This document shows positions 23,513 through 37,167 of a DNA stretch of 64,000 nt, in pieces. The position numbers were made by a program, and so were the translations under genes. Below the pieces are notes generated by a model. It worked only from the letters and a program-made list of their open reading frames with translations. It had not been told where the DNA came from and searched no databases. This DNA comes from Geosiphon pyriformis uo1. Its lineage: Eukaryota; Fungi; Glomeromycota. The DNA lies in contig JAAOMT010000135.1 of assembly GCA_016748015.1 (NCBI GenBank), forward strand, positions 1-64,000. Direction: 5' to 3'. Every line of letters starts with the position of its first letter. Position 1 is the first letter of the stretch.

Positions 23513-25274
23513 TTTTGTTTCTTCCTTTTTAGCAATTAATTATTGTTAATTATTATTTTCTTTTTGATTTTCTTTCCTCATAGGGTTTACCAAATGTTAT
23601 GGAGGTGTTTTCTTGGTATATTTTAATTGTTGATCTTCTGTTTTAATTGCAATCAGTCTCTTGTAAGTTTTTCAATTTTATGTGTTGGATATTAATGATA
23701 ATGTACTGAAGGTTTTCTCTTGATGTTGTGATGTAAGTCTTTTCTTTAATTCTAGTTGTTTTTGTATGTTGTGTACTCCTTTCCAAAGACTAATCTGAAA
23801 TCTACTTGCTGTTTGGGGTCTTCTTTGAGGCTATTCTTACAATTGTCTGATGTGTTTCTCTAATCTAAAAACACGAAATATTAATGGCCTTTTCGCAATT
23901 TTTCTAAGTATATAATAAAGCTTTTTCAATTTAATTAGTAACCATGTAAATAATCTTGATCAGAAATTATTCTTCCAAAGAGTTCAGAGATGGAATGATA
24001 GTTTCATTCGCTAGAAAGGGTATGTAAATTCTATTGTTAATCTCATAATTGTGATGTTTATTTAATTTATTATTATTTTTTTATTAATTATTTTTAAATA
24101 AGATTTTATTTAGATATTTGTTGTTTTTAGTTGAAGCTTGTTTGATTCTTCATCATTAAAACTATTGTATATATATATAATTATTGTTTTACAAAATAAT
24201 GTCTTGTAATACTCTATTTCTATTATTTCTAAATAGTGCTTGCTGCTATTGTAAAATAGTGCTTGCTGCTTTTGCACAATAGTGCTTGCTGCTATTGCAC
24301 AATAGTGCTTACTGCTATTGTAAAATAGTGCTTGCTGTTATTTGTAAATCATTTTTTTTTATAAATTGTTGCTGTGCTATTTCATAATTGGCTAATTTAT
24401 ATTATTTATAATTTCTATTAAATTCTTGAACTATAACACCATAAAACAAATAAAAAGATTCATAACTTGTTATATCATGATTCACAGTTTTATAAGCAAA
24501 CAAAGCTAAAAGCAGTATTTTGTTCCATAAGTTTGTTTTTACAAAGTTTTTCAACCAGTGTACTGAGAAAAGCTTTTTCTCTATTGAATAGAAGTTTTTT
24601 GGGGCAGTTATGATGACAAATAATATTATTATAAATAAAATTGGCTATTAAGACTGCTGTTTGGTCTGAAGTGGCTTTTGCTTCTATCTACTCTGTAAGA
24701 TAATTAGTAGCTATGATAATGTATCTGTTGCCATCAGGAGTTATTCTTAAAGACCCAACAACATTTATACCAATTATGTTAAATAATTGGCCAACAGAGA
24801 TTGAATAGATATCTTCTTTTCGATTGGATTTGCCTTTTTTTTGGCAAATGTTACAGGTTTTGATGTACTCAGCAATGTTTTTTTCTAAGGTAAACCAATA
24901 ATAACAAGTTAAGGTTTTCTGAATTGTTTTTGTTTTACCAAAGTGTTCTACTAATGGATCAGTATGTATATTGTATATTACAATTTCAAAAACTTTTTTT
25001 TTCTTTGTCTATTACTACATAATTTACTATGTTTCAAATTTAGAAAATTAGTTTTTTGCAAAGACACCTTTAATTATAGTATACTTTATTATTATAACAG
25101 GCTAGATACACTATTTTTGATTCATTGGTAAAAACATGAATAATTGTGTAAAAAAACTTTTTTTTTCTCTTTAACTGCTACTACACAATTTATTATGTCT
25201 CAAATTTGGAAAATAAGTTTTTTGCAAAGAAATCTTTAATTATAATATATTATTACTATTATAAGAGACTTAAA

Positions 25275-27560
25275 AGTGTCTGACAACAACACCAACAGTG
25301 AAGTGACACTAGTCACACAAAGAAGTACAAATGTAGAGACTATTGACTATAAAAACCAAGTGGAAGGAAACAAAGCTTCTACTACAGAAAAATAAATAAA
25401 TAATACAACTCTATGAAATTCAATAACTGTAGAAACTGCAAGACTTACTATACTTTCATTTAAATTTGAAACTGTCAATAAACTATTTGGAAGTGTAAAT
25501 ACAAGTAGTGGAGATAACATGCCTTTCAGAATAGCTAACACATTGAAAAAAACAGCTCTATATAGGTAAGCAGCAGACTTTTCTTCAACAACAGCCAACA
25601 GACTGGAGAAAAAAACCAACAAAAAATACAGACACATTGGAAGAATAAGTGTAAAAAATTTAACTGAAAGATTGAACCAAATGATTAAAGAAGACTTATC
25701 TAAAAACACAACTGTTCAAACCAACAATTTGTTTTGTAACCAATGTTTAACAAAGGAGAAAATAGCAACAAATTCTAAATGGAAGCTTAAATTAGTAAAA
25801 AAGAAGTCTCAAAGTCCCTAAAAAAAATAAATAAACCTTTAAAAATACCTATAGAGATAGTAAAAGAGCTGTGCAAATAGAAGCAGCTTTGAGAAAATGC
25901 AACCCTGATATTTTGGACAGGATCAATAGTAGAAAGTCTGTATTAAAAATTGAGAAGCAAATAGACAATCCATTCATTGCAAACAAAAATAAAACTGATT
26001 TGGATGACACTATAGAAAACATGGAAAACTCTGAATTGGGCCTATTAAGCAGAATGGTAAGTCTGAATTTGGGCCAATATAATAGTAAATCACTTGACAA
26101 AAAATCCATGTTTGTGAACCCAAACCATAAAGAAGAATAGAAAACTGTAGTCCATGAAACCAAAAGACATGTGTTTTTTGTACAGGTATTAGATATACTA
26201 GAAAAAATCATGAGAAAAAAAGTAAGATAAATTTACAATCTTTTGGGAAATGTCAGTTACCTCTTGGAGACTGTAATGGTGAAAAACCAAAAAATCCGAG
26301 TGGATTTCTCCCAAGTAACTAGAAAAGATCAAGTCAGAGAAATTCTAACAAGTAAGGCAATTGAATTATTCTTAATGGCTACTAATGGCATTACCAATCA
26401 GATGGCTGGCCAAAAAAAAGTTCTGATGAGAAATATTTTTTTAGGCATCTCAAACAAAGAAGTAGGAGCTGCTATGAAAAAATTTGATAAAATAAAAAAA
26501 ATTCAAATTAAAGTGACTGGAAAATAGCAATTAGCAGTGATTGAATATAGCAACCAAGAAGAGGCAACCAGAACTGTAAACCAATGGTCAACTATGATCA
26601 GAAAAGATACAGTTAGAATTTACCCAATAATTAAAACCCAAAAGATTATTAAACAGAGAAAAATCTGGGAAGCCAAACTAATAGATTTGCTACAAAACTA
26701 TACTGAGCACCACTTTGGATCAGATCAAAGTTTGATCTTGCTTCATTTTAAGAACCAGCAAGAACTACACAAGAATGAGTTGTGCTTACATAGAATTTAA
26801 CAGTAAAACTAGTTGCAACAATGCTACCAAAAAGCTCTTGGTAATTGGAGATACACTGGTATACTGGATGTCTACTAATGTCAAAGAGTGCCATTTTTGT
26901 TACCAGATAGTGCATTTGGTCTCCAAATGTCCAATTCTACATAAGAAAAAAGAGGGAGATACCAAAAAAGTTACCAACAATATTAGATTGGCAAAACTGT
27001 ATATTAGGAGGAATGTTTTAAAGAAAACTGTCAAGGTCTTTGGTGGAAAATTATATGCCAAAATGGTTGTACTCAAACTGTCCCATAATTTGACCAACAC
27101 AAATTCAAACAAATTTCAAAAATCTGGTACACAAGTAAACAATAAAAAAAACCAACCAAAATAAGGGGTCAACTAATCATGAAAGACTGAAATTGATGAG
27201 TTGAGACAGCAGATTAATAAAATGGCTAAATTACTGAGTGCAGTAACTGCCAAATTTGAAGGAACAGTAGAAAAAAAAAAGATGTAATAGTTACTCAACA
27301 GCAAAGTTACATTTCAAAAGAAAAAAAAAAGATAAAAAATAGATTATCAAACCAGAATACTATATCTAAGTCTAACTTGATAGAAAAAAAAAAGACATAC
27401 AACCCAGAAATAGAAATCAATAAAATTAAAAAAACATTGGAACTTATTCTGAAGTTACTAAAGCAAGTAAAAAAACAGGATAACTGGAGCAGTCCTACTG
27501 TTGGAAAATCTAAATCTATGAAAACAGATAATGTGTAGCACATCTGATTCCAACACAAAA
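25275..27560 (+). pseudogene. LINE ORF1-like (RRM-like region, CX2CX4HX4C knuckle, coiled coil)
   Basis: ORFs 26243..26527, 26537..26800, 26775..27164 (CHFCYQIVHLVSKC); boundaries approximate. Confidence 0.75.
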
Positions 27561-27574
27561 CAGAACTACTTTAA

Positions 27575-29408
27575 TAACAATACTTGAAAAATTGGTACTA
27601 TTAATGTTAAAAGACTTAATAATTCTGATAAAGCTAAAGAGGTACTACAATAGATTATTAAAAAACAATTTGACTTTGTAATTATTACAGAAACTAAACT
27701 GATTCCACCCAAAAAAAAGAGTGTATTTTTGGCTTAAATAAATATCATGCCTTTTAGAAGTCAAGTGCTAAGAAACAAATAAGAACTGGAATTGGTATAT
27801 TGGTAAAAAAATGTTGGATGTATTATGTAGAAACAATCAGGGAATACCATAAAAGACTGTTATATTTGGTGTTAAAATTTAAAGATAGAATTAGTATGCA
27901 TATAGTTGGGCTGTATATGCCTGTTTCCAAATCATCTATTGAGAAAACAGTAGTTAAAGAAATCAAAAAACTGCTGGGAAACATTGTGCAAAACAAAGAG
28001 ATAATTATAGTAGCAGACAATTTGAATAAAGATCTAACATCCAAATCACTTGAAGAAATATTTGCTACAAACAGGGTCAAAGCATATCCCACTGTTACAA
28101 TATTACAACAGATGAATTTGGTAGATATACATGGAGTATATACAACAAACAATTCAAAAAGGCATGGATGTCAAATAGAATACAAAAAAAATTAGACTAT
28201 GTGTTTACTGATGCAGTTACAGTTTCACTAATTATAAATATTGGGGTAATTGATGTTAATAAATCATTTAGCACTGATCACAAAACAATGGTAATAATTA
28301 TTTAATTTGACAAGATCTTGGCAGGCACTAAGAAATCAAGATCTGAAAGAAAAAAGTGTAGTACAACTATGATTGATATTAAAAAAGCATTTGGGGTGCA
28401 ATAAGAGACTTATATAAGAGAACTAATTAATTAACAGATGAAGCACATAGAAAATCAATAGATAACAGCAATAATAATCTAAACCAAATGTGGTTTACAA
28501 TCAAAGAAACTGTGTTACAAGCTGCTGATTGCCTACTAAAAAGGAAAGTAGAAGCCCAATCTGTACACACAAAAAAAGAATGCATGAATTACAAGCTTCT
28601 TAAGATTGTTGCTAATATAATTAAACAAATAAGAGTAAATAATACAGATATCTATGATAACAATATTATACAGCTGTTGGCTAAATGGAAACAGTTGAAA
28701 CCTAAAACAGTAAATGCATATCTAATAACTTTTCTAACAGACAAGCTTATTATAGAATTACTTAGCATCAAGAAAAAATATAAATTAATACTGTACACTA
28801 GAATTAGGCTACAACAGCAGAGACAGATTGTAGAAAATATCATCAAAAGACAAAAAAACTTTAAATTAAACAAAGGAACAATGATTAAAAGCATTCTGAA
28901 CAGAAAAAGACAAAAAATAGTACTAAACCATGTTATTAAAGAAGGCAAATTTCATGATAATCCTAATGAAATCAAAAAGCTAATAAACAAAAAAGCTCAA
29001 GAGTAAACTAGAACAAAAATTCTTGAATCTGAACTATGAAAATGTTGGGAACACAGATTTAAGCCAATTAAAAGCATTTCAGACTATGTCTTTAATGATG
29101 TAATGACTGAAATAACAAATAAAAATTTGAACACATATTGAGCCACACATCCCATAACAAAGCTTCTGGCTCATTAGGCATTCAAGCTGAACTCTAAAGG
29201 AAGGCTGGGCCTAATACCAAGTCTAAACTAAAAACATTGCTTAATGCTTGCATAGAAGCAGCAAACATGCCAGAGAAGTAGAGAATAACACAAGTAATAT
29301 TGATTCCAAAGTCAAAAAAATAGGATGGCAATATTGATATTACCAGATAAATCACACTCATTGAAAGTACTAGAAAAATTTTAACAAAGATTCTAACTAC
29401 AAGAATAT
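27575..29408 (+). pseudogene. LINE ORF2: APE endonuclease, linker and RT N-terminus
   Basis: KIGTINVKRLN, IITETKL, GIGIL, IIVADNLN (GDFN-like), LDYVF, STDHK; then KASG..GI, VILIPK, ITLIESTRKILTKILTTRI. Confidence 0.85.
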
Positions 29409-32088
29409 TGTTATAGTAGAAACTTATACTTCTTATTAATTATCACATGTATTAGCCACTGATGTCATATAATTAGCCACTTTATTTTTAGAAAGTGATC
29501 ATTGACCTAATTAATGATCTAACCATTAACTTGATTATTGATCTGATTATTGATCTGATTAATAACCTGATCATTGACCTAATTATTGATTTTTTTTTAT
29601 AGCTATATAAGCAATGAATTTTTTAGCTGTAAAAAAGCATATCAGAAATCAAAAAAATAAAATAAATAAAATAACAACTTTCATCTCAATTCTTCTCTTA
29701 TTGCTAATTTTTTTTTCCCTACTTTCAAGTATCTGAACATTTAGGGATAAAAAATTATTTGTTGGTTATTTTTTACCTTTTTCCTAAAATATATAATTGC
29801 AATATTTGAAAATTATTAAATAAAATGTGACTAAAAAGTATATTTAATACCTAATATTGAATTTTAAGAGTACTAATGTAAGACATAGAATTATACCAGA
29901 CATGATTATTTGTTAACAGTATAAACTATCTCTCTATCTTCAAATTCTCCAGTTATCTTTTGAAAAGTATAGTGACTAAGATATTTTATGAGACTGATTT
30001 CGCACATTGAATCCTTATTCATTCAATTCACTCCTTAAAGTTGAAATTTTTTTGATTTCTATCACTCTATAATCCTGTTCTTCCTTGCTATTCATTAGCT
30101 TGTTACTCCAACCCATAACATAAAAATAGTGCTCTCTGTAAAATTGTCAAAATCTACTTTTGTTTTTTATTGTATGGATAATTATTTATACTTGCCACAA
30201 CAATCAGAAAAACACTTTGAAACACACAACAAAAACAATCTAGACTTTATTAAACTCAATTCTTTGCACTTCTGCTTGATTTGCTTCCCTATTGATGAAC
30301 AATCCAGTAGACAATTCCAAGATTTTTGAAACTGGTTTCTAAACAAACATTTAGCTGAAACTTACACAGTCTATACAACTTACTACTTTGACCAAGCTTA
30401 TCTTGAAGACAACTTTGAAGAAAAAAACAACAGCATTAACCAACTTTTATATTCAACAATCTTTAAACAACAGTCTTCTGATTTCGAATATTTGAATCAT
30501 CAAATCCACATCTGAATTGCTGCCCATCAATTAGTTGAGACTCTTCTTGAAACAAAAGAAGAAAGCTATCAAACTGCTTCTGTTTTTGATCTCTTTTCAA
30601 GTGAATCAGAACATTTTACACAAACAATTACTCTTAAACCAATGGCTAATGACCCCATGCAAGCAAATATTTTAGCTGCTCTCTAAGGTATACAAACTGC
30701 TTTAGAACAAAAAAACAACACTTCACTACTCTTATTTAGAGATGATGTACAAGATCCAATTAAATAGTTGGACAATTTTGAGAGAACAGCTATTACCAAC
30801 CAATATAACACTGAATACAAGTTCCAAATTGTTGGTGGTTACTTTCAAGACTCTCCTGTTACTTGGTTCTCACAAAAAACCAATGCTGGTACTCACCAAA
30901 GAATTATTAGATGAACACCAACAAATGCTAAAGAAAAAAATATTTTTTTCACTACTTGCTTTGAAAATAAATTCAGAACTTACATCTTAATCTCTAAATG
31001 GTGCATGGAACTAAAAAGAAGAACCCAAGATCCCAGTAAAGTGGTAACTGAATATGCCAAAGCCATCAGAAAGTTAATTAAAAGAGTAGACTCTGGAAGA
31101 AACTGGACAGAAGAGCAAAAAATTTATTCTTTTATAAAAGGATTGAGAACAGATCTGTCATATGCTCTTTGGCCTCTCCTGGTTTTAAAAAATAATCCCA
31201 CAATGAATATAGCTATTGAACTTGCCCAGAGAATAGAAGATGTACCTGGGATCTACCCTTCTAGTTTTTGCTTCTGCTCCTGTTATGGCTTCTGCTTCAC
31301 AAATGGCTGCTACTTTTTTTACCACCCAAACTCAAGATCCCAATAAACAGTTGATAGATAAACTTATAGCAAATTTTGCTTAATTATTAGAACCATTAGC
31401 CCAAGCAGTCAAAGACAACAAGCAACCACAAAAACTAAGATCTGAATCATGTTTTAATTAGCTTCAGCAGTCTTTTTACCAAAGACAGCAAAATTGTGGC
31501 CCACCTGTGTGCTACTGCTGTGGATTAACTGAACATTTTGCAAAAAATTGCAACAATTCTTTTTTGTCACCTTTAGCTCCTAAAAACAATGATAATTAAA
31601 ACAACAGAATTATCAACAACAATGTCTTTAATCAAAGACCCAATCATGTCAACATCAATTTCTTTGGAGAAGATCTCTTAGTTAAAACCATTGTTTATCA
31701 GCCTTTAAACTAGTAAGCACACTTCCAAAAAGTGAGAGTGCAAGCCAACCAAAAAAAAACCTCTTTTATGCTTTTAATCTAACTAATAATGATTATGACA
31801 TGGATGAACTAGCAATCAACACTTCTGAATTAACAAAAAAGAAAAAGAAAGCCAAGATTGATTTCATTTTGGATCTAAACAAAGCATTCAAATCAATTGC
31901 TAATAACAATAAACCACCAAAAGTTAAAGTTTTTAAAAATTTTCCAAAGTTGGAACCCCCAGAAATAGTACAAAAATTTGGTCACTATTCTGTTGTTAAA
32001 GATCTCATAGAAATTCCAGCACATATTACATTTGGCCAACTAATAACCCATCCACAATTCAGAAAAGATTTTCACAAATCATTAATAC
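29409..32088 (+). mobile_element. Family C copy C2, 5' part (LTR 29409-30120, decayed PBS, gag, frameshift site, start of pol)
   Basis: TGTTATAG...CATAACA LTR; gag/pol fragments 31005..31346 and 31800..32114 match C3. Confidence 0.9.
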
Positions 32089-32734
32089 TGTTACAGATTG
32101 GAGTAACAAGCTAATGGATAGCAAGGGAAAACAGGATTATAGAGTGATAAAAAAAATCAATGAAAATTCAACTTCAAAGAGTGAATTGAATAAGTATAGA
32201 TTCAATGTGTGAGATCAATCTCATAAAATATCTCAGTCACTATACTTTTCAAAAGATAACCAGAGAATTTGAAGATAAAGAAATAGTCTGTACTGTCAAC
32301 AAATAATCATGCATTGGTATAATTCTATGTCTTATGTTGGCACTCTTAGAATTCAATATCAAGTATCAAATGTACTCTTTAGTCATATTTTATTCAATAA
32401 TCTTCAAATGCTGCAATTACACATTTTAGGAAAAAAGTAAAAAATAACTAACAAGTAATCTTTTATCCCAAGATGTTCAGATACTTGAAAGTAGGAAAAG
32501 AGAAATTAGTGATAAAAGAATAATTGAGATGAAAGTTGTTATTTTATTTATTTGATTTATTTGATTTCCTTGATTTCTACATGCTTTTCTACAGCTAAAA
32601 GATTCATTGCTTATATAGCTATTAAAAGTGGTCAATGATCAGGTTAATGGTCAGGTCATTGATCAGGTCAATGATCTCTTTTTAAAAATAAAGTGGCTAA
32701 TTTATATGACATCAGTGGCTAATACATGTGATAA

Positions 32735-33391
32735 TTAATAAAAAGTATAAGTTTCAACCATAATATTATCCTCTTCAAAGAGATTGAGCTCTGACGAAAT
32801 CAAGCTATTTATATTGTAATCTATTTGAAGAGTTTTATCTAACTCAAAGCTAACTAGTTTGTTGAAGTTTTTTGTGAATAGAGTATATAATACTTGAAGT
32901 GAAAAGAGTTTTGTATCCAAGAGACCAAATCTTTGTATTAGAGTTTTGGCTCTTTTAGTAATAGTTAAAACTCTTGAGACATCTAACTGTATAATGCCCA
33001 AAATTTCTGCCTGTATTTTTGAAGTTGTTTTCTTCATGAGTTTCATATTCTCTATGATTTTACCAAGATGACTATAGAGTTCTAATTGCCTTCTATATAA
33101 CAAGTTTTTGTTTATGAGTAAGATTTATTGGAATGTTTTTCCAATTGTGTTAGAAAGTGGGAGTATAGCTGCTGTTATACTTTCTAATAGATACTTATCT
33201 ATTTTACTACCAATTTTTTTTCTTCTGATAATGGTTTTTTTTGGTCTAATAATAGTATGTGTTCTACTATTATCAGTTATGATGGTTTGTTTTCTAATAG
33301 TCAAAGTAGCATTTGGATAGTTCTTGATCTAATACTCATAGAGAGTATAGAAGACATTTTGAATGTTTTGATTCAGAAAATAATTGTTCAT
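32735..33391 (-). pseudogene. Family C accessory ORF3 (C4)
   Basis: ORF 32735..33103 plus upstream in-frame sequence from MNNYF. Confidence 0.85.
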
Positions 33392-34093
33392 GTCAATTGA
33401 AGATACATCTGTTTTGGGAATAGTGCATTTATTTATACTTGATTTTTGCTAATTATTTGAGTCAGTATTACCACAACAGACAACCAATTAGGTCGTTTAT
33501 AATATTTCTTGAGTTGTGTACTATAAACAAAATGATCATTGAAGATTGTTCCAGATTGATTTTGAAAAATATAAGAACCATTGTTTAAAACTTTGTTGAC
33601 TATAAAAGGTCTTTTCTACTGGCTAGAGAATTTATCATCATAAACATTGTCTCTGTCTGAATGGTATTCCAATATCAAGCCACCAACACTTAAAGAGAGT
33701 GTTTTATAGGTTTTCTTTTTCTTAAGCTTTTCTTGGAACTGTTTTATCTTTTTAAAAGCAATTATTCATGCTTCTATTAAGGAGTCAAGAATGGTACCAA
33801 GTTTTCTTTGCAAAATGTCTTTGTAATTTCTTATTGTAATTTTTTCAAAGAGTATTGTCTTAATATCAGTTTCTATTGGTAGTGTTCTCATGTGTTTATA
33901 GAGCAAATAAAAAGGTTTATAACTTGTTATGTTATGATTTACAGTTCTATAAGCAAACAAAGCTGAAGGCAGTACTTTGTCTCATAAGTTTGTTTCTTTA
34001 CTGGTTTTGGCTAAGGTTTCACATAGTGTTCTATTAAAATGTTGCACTAGGCTATTTGTTTAAGGGTAATAAGAAGAGAAAAGTTTATAATAT

Positions 34094-34738
34094 TGTTATA
34101 GTTGAAACCCATAGTTTTTATTAATTATCACATGTATTAGCCACTGATGTCATATAATTAGCCACTCTATTTTTAGATAGTAATCATTGACCTAGTTGTT
34201 GACCTAGTCATTGACTACTTTCATTAGCTATATAAGTGATGAGTCTCTTAGCTGTAGAAAATCATCTATCAGACAAGAATCAAATAAATAAAAATAACAA
34301 CTTTCATCTCAATCACTCTCTTATTGCTAATTTCCCTTTCTCTACCTTTAAGTATCTGAACATCTTAGGATAAAAAATTACTTGTTGGCCTTTTCCTGTT
34401 TAAATAATTGTAGTATTTGAAGACTATTTGTATAAACATAACTGAAGAGCACAAGTTGATACCTGATATTGAATTCTAAGAATGCCAACATGAAGACATA
34501 GAATTAATACCAGTGGTGATCAATTGTTAACAGTACAGACTATCTCTCTACCTTCAGATTTCCTTGTTATCTTTTGAAAAGAATAGTGACTAAGATATTT
34601 TATGAGACTAATCTTGCACATTGAATCCATACTCATTCAATTCGTTCTTTAAAGTTGAATTCTCTTTTGATTATTTTTATCACCCTACAATCCTGTTCTC
34701 CTTTGCTATCCATTAGCTTGTTACTCCAAGCCATAACA
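34094..34738 (+). repeat. Solo LTR of family C inside the C4 integrase
   Basis: TGTTATAG...CATAACA flanked by ATAT (34090-34093 and 34739-34742). Confidence 0.95.
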
Positions 34739-36409
34739 ATATATTCTCATTTTTCTACAAAGTTCTTCAACCAGTATACTGAGAAAAGCTTTTCCTCTAT
34801 TAGATAAAAGTTTTTTGGAGCAGCCATGATAGCAAATGATATCTTCATAAATAAAATTGACTATTGAAACTGCTGTTTGGTCTGAAGTGGCTCTTGCTTC
34901 TACCCACTTTGTAAGATAATCGGTAGCTGTGATAATATATTTGTTGCTATTAGGAGTTATTGTTAAAGGTCCAATAACATCTATACCAATTTTGTCAAAT
35001 GGTTAATTAACAGAAATTGGATGAATATCTTCTTTGCAATTAGGTTTGCCTTTTTTTTGGCAGATGTCACAGGTTTTGATGTATTCAGCAATGTTTTTTC
35101 CAAAGGTAGGCCAATAATAGCAAGCTAAAGTTTTTTGAATTGTTTTTGTTTTTTTAAAGTGTCCAACTAATAGATTAATGTGCATGTTGTATATTACAAT
35201 TTCTTTTTTTTCAAATCTGATAACTCTCTGAAAGTGGTCAGAATTTTTTCTGTTTCTTTTGTATAATTGGTTCTGGCAAATCAAATAGAAATTTGATTGT
35301 TTGTGTAAATGTTTTTTTTGTTGTCGAGTGTATTCTGGTGGGTATTGTCCTTTACCCAAAAATTTTATTAAGACAAAGTAGTTGTCCAAGTCCATTATTG
35401 TGTTTGTTTGTAAAGGAGTTACTAATAATTAAGTTGGTTTGGTTTGAGAAGTTGTACTATCACTGAATGGTAAGTTTAGAAAAAGCATCAGCATTTTGAT
35501 GATTTGCTTCTTTGTGGTGTTGAATATCATAATTGAATTCATCCAAGTGAAGTATTTAGTAAGTTATTTGTTTGTGTTCTAGCTTCTTTTTATTGTGCAG
35601 CCAAACCAAAGCTTAATGATCTGTTACTACTAAGAATTTTGTACCAAGAAGATATTAATTCCAATAATTAGTAGCCCAAACTACTGCTAAGCATTCCTGT
35701 TTAGTAACTGAATAGTTCTTTTCTGCTGGTGTAAGGAATTTACTAACATATGCTATAATATTGTTACAGGTTGGAATAACAAGCTAATGAATAGCAAGGG
35801 AGAACAGTATTGTATGGTGATAGAAATAAACAAAGAGGGAATTACAATAAGGAAGCGAATTGAATAAGTAGAAATTCAATGTGCGTGATCAGTCTCATAA
35901 AAATCACAGTTGCTAATCTTTTCTTAAATCTGAAGATAGAGGAATAGTCCATGTTTGTCAACAAGATAATACTGCTGCTATTATTCTATGCCACAACTCG
36001 GTGATTTTTAGAATCAATAACAGGTATTATTGTGCTTTTCAATCATTTCTTTATTCAATGAATTACAAGAGCAAGCCAATTGCTTCTCAGGCTAATTCTA
36101 ACAAATACAAATCAAGAAGTGGAAAAAATAAGGTATGTGAATGCCAACAAGTAGATACTTAAAGATAAGGAAAGGGGAATAAGCAATTATGAAAGGAAGT
36201 AATTGATATTCATTATTTGGTTACTTTGATCATGTTTTTCTACAGCTAAGGGAATCATCACTTATATAGCTATCTAAAGTGGTCAACGACCAGGTCAATG
36301 ATCAGGTCAATAATCAGGTCAACAGTTAGGTCATTAATTAGGTCAACGATCACTATCTAAAAATAGAGTGGTTAATTTATATGACATCAGTGGCTAATAC
36401 ATGTGATAA

Positions 36410-37066
36410 CTAATAAAAACTATGGGTTTCAACCATAACATCATCCTCTCCAAAGAAATTGAGCTCCGGCGAAATCAAGCTATTTATGAGATAGTCTATG
36501 TGAAGAGTTTTGTCTAACTCAAAATTAACTAGTTTGTTGAAGTTTTTTGTGGATAGAGTATATAATACTTGAGGTGAAATAAGTTTTGTATTCAAGGGAC
36601 CAAATCTTTGTATAAGAGTTCTGGCTCTTTTAGCAATGGTCAAAACTCTTGGGACATCTAATCATATAATGCCCAAAATTTCCCCTTGTATCTCTGAAGT
36701 TGTTTTCTTCATGAGCTTCATGTCTTCTATGATTTCACCAAGACAACCATAGAGTTCTAGTTGTCTTCCATATGACAAGTTTTTGTTTATGGGCAAGATT
36801 TCTTGTATCATTTTTCCAATTGTGCTGGAAGGTGAAAGTATCGCTGCTGTTATGCTTTTCAGCAGGTATTTATCCATTTTGCTACCAATTCTTTCTCTTC
36901 TGGTAGTTGTTTTCTTTGGTCTGATAACAGTGTGAGTTCCACTGTTGTCTGTTATGGTGGTTTGTTTTCCGATAGTCAGAGTAGCATTTGGATAGTTTTT
37001 GATCCAGTACTTATGGAGAGTATAGAAAGCATTTTGAATGTTTTGATCCAGGAAATAATTGTTCAT
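36410..37066 (-). pseudogene. Family C accessory ORF3 (C3, ~218 aa, one internal TGA), runs through the PPT into the LTR
   Basis: ORFs 36662..37162 and 36410..36643 are in one frame; ends ...ELNFFGEDDVMVETHSFY*. Confidence 0.88.
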
Positions 37067-37167
37067 GTCGATTGAAGATACCTCTGTTTTGGGAATGGTG
37101 CATTTATTTATATCTGATTTTTGCTGATTATTTGGGTTGGTATTACCACAACAGGTAACCAATCAGA

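Larger units (their letters stand above)
8496..24438 (-). mobile_element. Family B copy B2: both LTRs, gag, integrase and ORF3, but PR/RT/RNase H deleted; hosts A2
   Basis: LTRs 8496-9361 and 23595-24438; TSD CTAT (8492-8495)/CCAT (24439-24442); PBS-like TGGTAAACCCT next to the 5' LTR. Confidence 0.93.
6648..24987 (-). mobile_element. Family C copy C1 (3' LTR 6648-7361, ORF3, integrase 8089-8495 + 24443-24987); hosts B2 and is cut off by the LINE
   Basis: Family C LTR termini; the integrase is contiguous across B2 when compared with C3 ~37540-37620. Confidence 0.88.
24988..29408 (+). mobile_element. Non-LTR retrotransposon (LINE, APE-endonuclease type), decayed; 3' part cut off by C2
   Basis: ORF1 with RRM-like region and CCHC knuckle; ORF2 with APE motifs and the start of RT. 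Confidence 0.85.

Noticed and set aside
36410-37162. ORF3 as a retroviral env gene
   Set aside because: Right position, but only ~220-240 aa with no signal peptide, transmembrane helix or furin/fusion-peptide pattern.
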